A DNA stretch of 64,000 bases, taken from the NCBI RefSeq assembly GCF_009914755.1, contig NC_060928.1; one strand, 5' to 3'. A program made the translations under genes and the position numbers. Source of the stretch: the human T2T-CHM13v2.0 reference genome, Homo sapiens. Shown one piece after another: positions 35,226 to 64,000 of the stretch (position 1 is its first letter; the number at the start of each line of letters is the position of its first letter). The notes beneath the pieces are model-generated. The model saw only the letters and a program-made list of their open reading frames with translations, searched no databases and was not told the origin of the DNA.

Positions 35226-35280
35226 TCCTGCCGCGCTGAGCCGCCAGCAGGACTGGTACCACCGCCCTCCCTCGGGGCTA

Positions 35281-35303
35281 GGGTCACCCTGCCGTGACAC
35301 GCA
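35281..35303 (-). promoter_or_regulatory. Imperfect estrogen response element (GGTCAcccTGCCG) with adjacent AhR core (TGCGTG on minus strand, 35298-35303)
   Basis: Motifs read directly; location about -170 to -195 agrees with the ERE and DRE I recall being described for this promoter. Confidence 0.6.
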
Positions 35304-35399
35304 GGGACAAGCCAAACACTCCCGCCTCCGGGATCGAACGGAATGAACCAGAGTGATTAACTACGAGAATCACCAGGCGCTCATTGGGCTGATCAGTAC

Positions 35400-35502
35400 C
35401 TCGTCTGACCTAGCTGGGTTTGGTCGCCGTCACTGGCCGGAGCGCCGAAGCACCGGGGACGCTGACGCACAGGTTGCCCAGTCACAAGCGCTGCTCGCAC
35501 CC
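35400..35502 (-). other. ABCG2: Probable upstream alternative first exon (E1a-type) of ABCG2
   Basis: Donor GACGAG|gtactg at 35400/35399; position fits my recollection of the reported E1a leader exon; 5' end approximate. Confidence 0.6.
35476..35484 (-). promoter_or_regulatory. Antioxidant response element (TGACTGGGC)
   Basis: Matches TGACnnnGC; ABCG2 is an established NRF2 target. Confidence 0.6.
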
Positions 35503-36156
35503 AGAGCAAGTTAAATGGGTGGTTTCTGGTGAATGGGATTCTGAGAAAGTGGATGCTTGCGCCCCAGGGCCTAAAAAAATCAGGCACTGAATCTAACCCA
35601 AGGAAGGAAAGGGGAGAAACTTACTGAATGAAAATATTACCATAGTTTAAATGTTATTCTTTACACTCCTGTGACTGACATACTTCTGTGCAATATTCCG
35701 ATGGTGTGGAAAGGCTAGAAAGTGATTGCGCATGTTCAGGAAACGGGCCATCAGGCTTTGTGAGTGTAGCCATCCCAACATCTACCTGCTGCATCTACCC
35801 TAGGAAATTAGTACCTGCATGCAGATATTTTCTGGTTTGCATTTACAAACAAAAATCATAGTATCATTTAAGTTGTTTAAATCAACACTAGGAATAACTA
35901 TTAATGGTTCACCCAATGCAGGAAAGTTTTAGCTAGGAAGCCTAGATAAGAAAATTGACTATACATAATTTTTTAAAAAGAATTTTAAATATACCATACC
36001 GCATGCTTTTTAAAAGAATTTTAAGGTATATATTCATGATGCGCCCAAACATTTGGGTAAAATTATTCTTTTGAATTAATTTCTGTCAGTTTCAAGACCC
36101 TTAAAGGCCCATATAGAAATACATGTTAGTCATACTTCATTTTAAGACAAAATTAA

Positions 36157-38400
<2,244 letters not shown>

Positions 38401-38927
38401 AAATAGCAGGAAAGTGTTCATTTGTTCTGGGTAGTAACATGGAATGTCTTTTATCTTGTATTTTAGTGTAATTTTCTAAATTTTATGTAACAAATTTAGA
38501 AAATTATAAATTTTATAATGAAAAATGGATTTTAAAAGTAAAATAAACTGATAAAATATACATATAAAGACACATGACAATAGAGTCCTCACTTGAAATA
38601 GGACTAAAACTAAAAAAAAGTTTCCTTAATTTTAGTCTAATTTTAAAAATATTTTAGATTGTGATGTTTCATATTTATAGGTCGGTTTATTTGCTAACTA
38701 AAGTTACATTGGGAGGCAGTGGTAAATCAAATAAAAATTCAAAATAAAGTTTTATTAGTTCCTAACCTCATCCTAATATTTTATCAAATTCTATTTGATA
38801 AGTTCAGATTAAAGCCAGCATTTTATAAATGTATTGCACTGTATAGAAATGAGTCATTTTAACTTGTAAGTTAGCATTGTTTTTGGAGCTAGCCATAGAA
38901 TTTTAGAGAAAAAGGACCTTCCTCATT

Positions 38928-39048
38928 AGGTCAGATGTTAGATGACTTTCCTCATTTTACAGATAAGTCACCAGTGCAAAGGAGACTGATTTGCACAAGG
39001 TTAAAGGTTAAGTGACTCACAGCCTTCCAAGCCATTGCCCTCTGCCCT
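38928..39048. promoter_or_regulatory. Cluster of DR1 nuclear-receptor elements (PPRE-like enhancer) plus AP-1 site
   Basis: AGGTCAgATGTTA 38928-38940, AGTGCAaAGGAGA 38973-38985, AGGTTAaAGGTTA 38998-39010, AGGGCAgAGGGCA (minus) 39036-39048, TGACTCA 39013-39019; about -3.8 to -3.9 kb, where I recall a PPARgamma enhancer being described. Confidence 0.7.
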
Positions 39049-39744
39049 CCACCACAGGACCTTTCTTTTATTTTACCAGGCAAGAGTCACTGCCCAGTAT
39101 TTATAAGGCCCCATATTGAGACTCCTGCTGAATGCCTGTGCACCAGTTGCAAAGAGCTGGTAAGGCCCCAGTATGCTACATTTCTTAGTGCTTACTCCAA
39201 AGGTGAACTCCAGAATTGTCAATTTTCCCTGGCAAGGTCAGGTTTCAGACAGGATTCACCATGGGCCTGGGGACATTTGGGTTACATATATAACAGATGT
39301 ATTCAGTCCGAGTATATCTATTTTCATTACCACTCCAAGTTAAGAAAATAACAGTGGAAGAGAGGCTATGTGCACAGTATTCCCCCACAGCCCAGCTCAC
39401 AGCTATCAGGGCCTTTGACTAATATGGCAAGAGAAAGTTCAGTCTATAATGGTGCAAACAGTTATTGTAAATAAAATAATGGAAACAGTTTAAAACTCTT
39501 CCTAAAGATTTCAGTATAAAAGGAAGGTGAGAGAAAGGAATATAGCTAGAGGCTATCTTAGGGTTCAGAGAAAATATTCATTTGGTTTGAATTAGACAGA
39601 CTAGAACATGTGTGCATGCCAAGAGGACAAGCCATAAAGAAAGAAAGGGTTATTGGTAGTGTCAGGTCCCTTAGGAAGCATAATGAAATGGGATCCAGAG
39701 GAATTAGAATTAGAAAAGAAAAGGAAACTTAAGAATCCCTCACG

Positions 39745-41300
<1,556 letters not shown>

Positions 41301-41418
41301 TGAAATAAATATCTGGCCCATAACTATACTTTCTCTCTGAAGTTGATGGATGTGCTGAGGGTATGGGTGTGAATGGCTGATTCGGGATTTGGAAAAATGA
41401 TGAATATTTGAATAGACT

Positions 41419-42218
<800 letters not shown>

Positions 42219-42248
42219 AGGCCCCAAGGAAATGGAAGAGGATGCTAA

Positions 42249-42765
42249 TGGAGGGACCCACTGGCACCCACTGAGTTGGTATGAAGAGTATTTTAAACTG
42301 AAACATTTAAGACACAGCAGATACAGAAAGAAGCCTTTCTGGAGCTTCCCTTATTTGACTAAAGCCAGAGCTTTCAGAGAGTGAAGCTGCCATAAATTCC
42401 CTCTTGGGGAGCTTCACTGCCAGTAAGGAGACTTTACTGCCAGGAAGGAGACCACTTGCACCTGAATGACGAATTGCATAACCGAACATAATCACAAATT
42501 GTCGTACCATCATTTGTTTCCCTAAAAGCCCATTTGTCTTTCCACAAAAGTATATTTGCTTTCCCATAGAACCCTTTCTCTCCTCCTCCCTTTTCCCATA
42601 TTATTGGCATATAAATTCTCATCCCTAACTGTACAGAGAGCCTCTTCACCTGAGTAAGTGTAAATAAACCTTGTCTATTCTCCTGTTAATCCATCTATTG
42701 CCAATTAATTTACAGGCCCCCAAGCACTGGACCTAAGTTGGCAGAGGAAGTTTTTCCTCCCAACA
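42249..42765 (+). mobile_element. ERV1 solo LTR, MER34-like
   Basis: TG...CA ends, 4-bp TSD ctaa, TATAAA near 42610 and AATAAA near 42663; 3' end acctaag..agaggaagtttttcctcccaaca. Confidence 0.65.
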
Positions 42766-43177
42766 CTAATATGAGACATAGAGCTCGCACAGCAACACCA
42801 AGGCCCCTACTACTTGGGATGGGACTCTGTAAACAGTGGTTTGAAAGCTGCAAATGGGCATGGCTTTCTCATTCACAAAGATGTGAAGGTAAAGGGTTAG
42901 ATAAATTCTAGGGTACGGTTTTGTTGGGTGGGTAAGGCAATAGAAAGATGAAGCAAAGGAGTCATGTGAGTGAAGTGATTCATCATCATAGGAAAGCGAA
43001 GCCAGGAATAGACAGAGAGAAAGAAAGTACATGGAGGGGTCACATGCAGATGGCAAAAGTTGAAACAGGAGGATCAGGTCACTGAGTGGGATACTGGCAT
43101 TTAATATTCACATTCCAGGTTTTGATAAGGTCCCACGGTTTGAACACGAGAGTGAGGTTATGGAAATGGAAGGGAAG

Positions 43178-44070
<893 letters not shown>

Positions 44071-44397
44071 TCCTGGAGATGGAGTTGAGATCAGAGAGCA
44101 CAGAAGCTAGGGTGATGGGATGATCATCAAAATAAACAGAGAAGTTACCAAGATAGCAATAATCTTGGAGAGACGAGAAATGTCAAAAAGCAGGCGTCAA
44201 AGTCTTTTAGACATGGAAAGTGAAGAGAAGGTGGGTTTTACACAGAGAGAGACAGCATCGGGGAGGGGGCAGGGGATTGTGGGGGTAGTAAGAGCCCAGA
44301 TGCTGGAGCCAGAACACCTTGGTTCATGTAATTTGCTTTATACAGCAGACAAGAGACCAATTAAGAAGTAATTCATTTGGTTATAAAGTTTATTTAG

Positions 44398-46995
<2,598 letters not shown>

Positions 46996-47022
46996 AACCT
47001 AACGTTTTAGAAAGGTTAATCT

Positions 47023-47483
47023 TATCAACCTAAATGCCCATAATTAGCAGATGGGATAAAGAAAATGCACTGGTATATATGTATATACCATGAGGGTGTA
47101 AGACATATACACCATGAAGTACTATGCAGCCATAAAAAGGAATGAGATCATGTCTTACAGGAACACGGATGGAGCCGGAGACTATTATCCTTAGTAAACT
47201 AACGCAGGAACAGAAAACCAAATATCACATGTTCTCACTTATAAATGGGAGCTAAAGGATGAGAACTCATGAACACAAAGAAGGAAACAACAGACACGGG
47301 TCTACTTGAGGGTGGAGGTTGAGAGGAGGGAGAGATGCAGAAAAAATAACTTGGGTACTGGGCTTAATACCTGGTTGATGAAATCACCTGCACAACAAAC
47401 CCTCATGACACGAGTTTACCTATACAACAAACCTTCACATATACCCCTGAACCTAAAGTAAAAGTTAAAAAAAAAAAAAAAAA
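47023..47483 (+). mobile_element. 5'-truncated old L1PA (13-15-like) 3' end
   Basis: L1 3'UTR plus polyA; TSD agaaaggttaatct/agaaaggttattct. Confidence 0.85.
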
Positions 47484-48204
47484 GAAAGGTTATTCTGTTC
47501 ATGTATAGAATGGATGGGGGGATGTGGGAAGGCAGAGATCAGTCTGGAAATTTAAAAAAAAATTATTGAACTAAAGAGATGACTTAAACTGAGAAAAGAG
47601 GCATCAAAGAAACATTGTAAATGAAGAATTTACAGAAGCTGGTGACTGAGAACACTGAAGGTGAAAGACAAAGAAGCTAGAGATGACTTCAAGGTCTGAA
47701 AATCTTGGGGTTTCACAAACGGAAATTACGAGGTATAGGAAAGCGTGTCTTACATCTCAGGATATTTCCATATATTGCCTAGTTCAGTGCCTTGAACACA
47801 AGGAATACTCAGTAAATATTTGTTGTCTGAATAATAAAAGTGAGCTTATCTTATGTAATTCAGGAACCTATCTACCCTCACCTGAATCTGCCTTGCTGTG
47901 AAAATGGAGAAGAGTTTCATGAAAGACTGACCTTTCATATGATCCATTTCTGACTACTATAAACATTTTATTGCCTATAGAGAAGATTTTATTTATGGGA
48001 GCAATTAAAATTAAAGCTCAATCAGCATTAAATAAAGTTATGATTCATTATACAGTGACTTGGAATTTTTTCACATCTGGTTGGCATACTTAATATATGA
48101 TGTCAACATCTCACCTAAAACTACATTTTAGTCTTCCCTCTGTCATCATAATATTAGACCAAGAAACATTATACTGTGTGTGACAAAGCCATCAGCCAAT
48201 CTAT

Positions 48205-52010
<3,806 letters not shown>

Positions 52011-52124
52011 GGGATGAACCTTCCAGGTCACTAATTCTTTATACAGTTGTATTAACCTCCTGTTTAATCTTCTATCCATTTGAATTCTTAATTTCAATTA
52101 TCAGGGTTTTAATTTCTATTATTT

Positions 52125-53545
52125 TTGTTTTTAATTTTAGAGATAGGGTCACTCTCTGTTGCCAGGCTGAAGTGCAGTGGCACAATTCATAGCTCACTGC
52201 AGCTTCAAACTCCTGGATTCAGGGAAGCCTCCCATCTCAGACTCCAGAGCAGCTGGGACTACAAGCACGTGCCAACATGCCCTGCTAATTTTTTTTTTTT
52301 TACAACTTTTTTGGAGACAAGGTCTCACCACACATTGCCCAGGCTGTTCTCACACTCCTGGCCTCAAGCCATCCTCCTGCCTCAGCCTCCAGAGCAGCTG
52401 GGACTACAGGCAGACACCACCACACCTGGCTAGGGTTTTTATTCTAAAAGTACTATTTCGTTCTTTTTCAAATTGGCTAATTATTTGATTGTCTCCTGTT
52501 CTTCCTCATGTTTTCAATGCCATCTTCACATTTTAAAACATTTCAAGCAGAGTTATTTACTTTAATTCTGATAATTATAATATCCAAAGTCTTTGTGTTT
52601 CTGGTTGTATTATCTATGGCTTGCTTGATCTCTTTTTTTATTATTATGAATTTTTTGTTGGCTGCCTCTCTGTAGGAATTCTTTGAGGATTGAGGAGGAT
52701 ACATTTATCTGGGAAAGTTTGTGTTTGCTTTAAGACACCTGGGAATATTACCCATCCTGACAGCCTTTGAATTACAGACCTGTGGGGCCCAGCATGATGG
52801 CATGTGCCTCTAATCCCAGCTACTCAGAAGGTTGAAGCAGGAGGATCACTTGAGGCCAAAGGAGTTCCAGGCCACAGTGTGCTATGATTGTGCCTGCAAG
52901 TGGATTCTGCACTCCAGCCTGGGCAACATGGCAAGACCCCATCTCTAAAATAAAATAAATAAGGCTGGGTGCGTTGGCTCATGCCTGTAATCCCAGCACT
53001 TGGGAGGCCAAGGCACATGGATCACCTGAGGTCAGGAGTTCGAGACCAGCCTGGCCAACATGGTGAAACTCCGTGTCTACTAAAAATACAAAAATGAGCT
53101 GGGCATGGTGGCAGGTGCCTGTAATCCCAGCTACTCGGGAGGCTGAGGCAGGAGAATCCTTGAACCTGGGAAGCAGAGGTTGCAGTGAGCCAAGATCACA
53201 CCACTGCACTCCAGCCTGGGCAACAAGAGCAAAGCTCCGTCACAAAAAAAAAAAAAAATTGCTGGGCCTAGTGGCTCATGCCTATAATCCCAGCACTTTG
53301 GGAGGCGGAGCTGGGCGGATCACCTGAGACCAGCCTGGCCAACCTGGTGAAACCCCGTCTCTACTAAAAATACAAAAATGAACCAGGCACAGTGGCACCC
53401 GCCTGTAATCCCAGCTTACTCAGGAGGCTGAAGAAGGAGAATCACTTGAACCAAGGAGGCAGAGGTTGCAGTGAGCCGAGTCACGCCACTGCACTCCAGC
53501 CTGGGAGACAGAGCAAGACTCTGTCTCAGGGAAAAAAAAAAAAAA
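52125..53545. mobile_element. Alu cluster (-52125-52430; +52785-52960, +52963-53258, +53260-53545)
   Basis: Alu consensus matches. Confidence 0.85.
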
Positions 53546-54262
53546 TTAATTAATTAATTAAATTAATAAGTAAATAAAGTATAGACTTGTGGTTTTTCAA
53601 TCATACAAAGAATGTAGATTCAGATCCCAAACCACTTAAGATCTGGTCAGTGGCTACAAATTCTTAGAGGAGGCTTTATTTCTTCTTTTTTTAAACTTCC
53701 ATTCATAGCCCAGCCCAAGATGGAAATGTATTCTCTATTTTGCAGGAGGGGTTTTTTTCTGGCTTGCCCATTCTGAGCTCCAGACAGTATGCATGAAGAT
53801 AAGCTTTCATTCTGTGTGGATTCAGGGCTTTGTTCCCTGTCTTCTCTGTGTAGTGAACTTTTTAGGTCATAAATAGCATTGTAGGGCTCAAGGCACACAG
53901 GGACTTTGAAGGGTAGCTTAATTGCCTGGTCTCTGCTCCTGTTCCATTAGTGATCTTAGTGGACTCATCTAAACATTGAAAAGCAGTTTTTAACACATTA
54001 AGTATTTTTCATTATTATGTAGGTCAAGTGGTTTCAGAATTTCTAACACTGCAATATTGCTAAAAATGGAAGTCCTCAATTGTATTGGTCATCATATTCA
54101 CTTTTTCTTGTTATTATGGAAATTTTGAAACATCTCCAAAGTAGAAAGCATAGTATGACAAACCCCTATGTATCAATCTTCAACTAGTGGCCAATCTTTG
54201 TTTCATTGATACCTGCCTTTTTTCCCTCTTTCCCACAGATTATTTTGAAACAAATTTCAGAA

Positions 54263-56288
<2,026 letters not shown>

Positions 56289-57107
56289 CTCTCTTCTTTT
56301 GATGATTATTACTAGACCCATTAAGTATTTCATTAGGGGTTACAAATGTGTAGTAGGCTAAATTTATAATTCCTTCTTAATTTATTAGCTGGAAATTTTA
56401 TTTAAAGAGAACACTTCATTAAGAATTTGTTCACCTCAAGGTCCAGTATGTTCAAAACAGGCAGAGTAACTGCTAGATTCTTTTCCTTTGTTTTCAAAAT
56501 AACAAGTGTGATTCTATATCACAATCCAAAGGTGACTGGCCAATGAATTGTTAATCTTCATAGACTCATGGATTTAAACACATAATGTATTTACTATATT
56601 GCAGTTACTCTTATTGATTCCCAAAATATCTTGGCCAGTGAAAGGCCCTTCAAATTGCCTTCAAGTTAGTAGTCTCCGCGTGCATTCTTGCTTTCTAGCA
56701 TAACAACATGTTCCAGGCTCATTTTTCATTTCCTGCCTCAGATCTGAAACCAACCATTTATCTAAGAAGCTCTGATGCCTTTGAGTGAGAAATAGCATTT
56801 AGGAAGCATAATTTGTATTCTTCTATTTTATTTCTGAAACAAAAATATCTGAAGCAAGCACGGCATTAGGTTATGAATGGATAATGGTTGTGGGGATACT
56901 ACAGACATTTGCTATGTTATTCATCCTTTGTGTATGCCATGTTTCCAATCCTCCATATATAACAACCCTTGTGAAAAATTCCTCACAGAGTTCTCTACAG
57001 AAAAATGTTGTTTCTCCTGATGTATTGATAGTAATGATTAGAAAATTAGTCTGTAAATGCTCTGTCTACAGATCTAATTTTTGTGTTTAATTATTATGAT
57101 TATTCTC

Positions 57108-58347
57108 GTTTTTTTTTTTCTTTTTTTGTGGAGACAGGGTCTTGCCATGTTGCCCAGGCTTGTCTTGAACTCCTGGAATCAAGCAATCTACCTGCCTTGG
57201 CCTCACAAAATGCTGGGATTACAGGTGTGAGCCACTGTACCCAGCCTGATATGATTATTGATTATTCTTAACCCTGTATTTACTGATATCATTTCCTCCT
57301 CTCCTGTTCTCTTTATAATTAATCTTTTTATTTATCTCATGTCATCTTTTATCAACTCCTTTAATGAAAGCTATTAACTAACTTTCAATAGGCAGATAAT
57401 AAATACAGTAATGAAACCAAAGAGAATGCTTTTTTTTTTTTTTTTTTGTGACAGGGTCTCACTGTTTCACTCAGGTTGGAGTGTGATGGCCCAGTTACAG
57501 CACACTACAGCCCCAACCTCCTGGACTCAGGTGATCCTCTCACCTCAGCCTCTCACATAGCTGGGACCATAGGCACATGCCAGCACACCTGGCTAATTTT
57601 TTTTTTTTTTTTTTTTTTTTTTGTAAATACAGGGTCTCAATATGTTCCCCAGACTGGTCTTGAGCTCCTGGACTCAAGCAGTCCTCTCGCCTTGGCCTCC
57701 TACTTCTGGGATTATAGGTATAAGCCACTGTACCCACCCTCTACAAATTTTAAAGTAAATCTAATTTTAAATGTCACATCTTCCCTAATAATGAAATATG
57801 CTTATTCTATACTTAATTTCCTGAAGTGATAGTATTTCTCTATGAGCCATATATGGTGTCAAGTTATAGCAAGTATTCTCCACCATTAAAGAAGTCAGGT
57901 TAGATAATGTCCACGAACATTAGTTGAAAAATACTACTTAACATCAAAACCCAGCTAATCAAAAGAGATAAAAAGAGCTATGGAAAAGAGAAGCAAAAAG
58001 ACTGGTAACACATTAAATACATTTATATAAAAATGAATGGCCGGGCGCAGTGGCTCACGCCTGTAATCCCAGCACTTTGGGAGGCCGAGGTGGGCGGATC
58101 ACAAGGTCAGGAGATAGAGACCATTCTGGCTAATACGGTGAAACCCTGTCTCTACTAAAAATACAAAAAAAAATTAGCCGGCATGGTGGCAGGCGCCTGT
58201 GGTCCCAGCTACTCGGGAGGGTGAGGCAGGAGAATGGCGGGAACCCAGGAGGCGGAGCTTACAGTGAGCCGAGATTGGCCACGGCACTCCAGCCTGGGCG
58301 ACAGAGCGAGACTCCGTCTCAAAATAAAAAAAAATTAAAAAAAAAAA
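57108..58347. mobile_element. Alus (- monomer 57108-57247, - AluJ 57430-57740, + AluY 58039-58347)
   Basis: Alu consensus matches. Confidence 0.85.
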
Positions 58348-58439
58348 GAAGAATATTACCCTTGTGGAAATTATGATTATATTGTAGAACATAATTGAAA
58401 TATTATAAACATAAATATTTTTATGTAATAAAAACTAAG

Positions 58440-64000
<5,561 letters not shown>

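Larger units (their letters stand above)
34780..35510 (-). promoter_or_regulatory. ABCG2: TATA-less CpG-island promoter of ABCG2
   Basis: High GC and dense CpG compared with AT-rich flanks; GC box GGGCGG near 35151; CCAAT (minus strand) at 35383-35387. Confidence 0.92.

Overview
Human genomic DNA covering the 5' half of ABCG2 (BCRP, ABC half-transporter), transcribed on the minus strand. The CpG-island promoter and non-coding exon 1 lie at ~34.6-35.5 kb. Coding exons 2-5 (codons 1-177, including Walker A and the Q-loop) are at 16192-15990, 8822-8763, 8104-7990 and 7400-7248, and the gene continues past the window start. The rest is repeat-dense: an L1PA7-like element in intron 5, an internally deleted HERV-H in intron 1, a young human-specific L1HS pre-Ta insertion ~2.3 kb upstream of the promoter, a DR1 (PPRE-like) cluster, an RPL31 processed pseudogene, solo LTRs, DNA transposon fossils, old L1MA/L1M elements and about 50 Alus. 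I see no evidence of a wholly new gene or system. The most intriguing sequence-level observations are: (i) a 35-bp tandem duplication of the exon 4 splice acceptor; (ii) an Alu-L1HS chimera that has an acceptor, a Kozak ATG, an intact 257-aa ORF and a polyA signal; (iii) a 222-nt start exon flanked by inverted Alus that would be stop-free if circularised; (iv) a sense-oriented HERV-H LTR upstream of the start-codon exon. All functional claims are untested hypotheses. Repeat subfamily names come from recalled consensus sequences and should be confirmed with RepeatMasker/Dfam.
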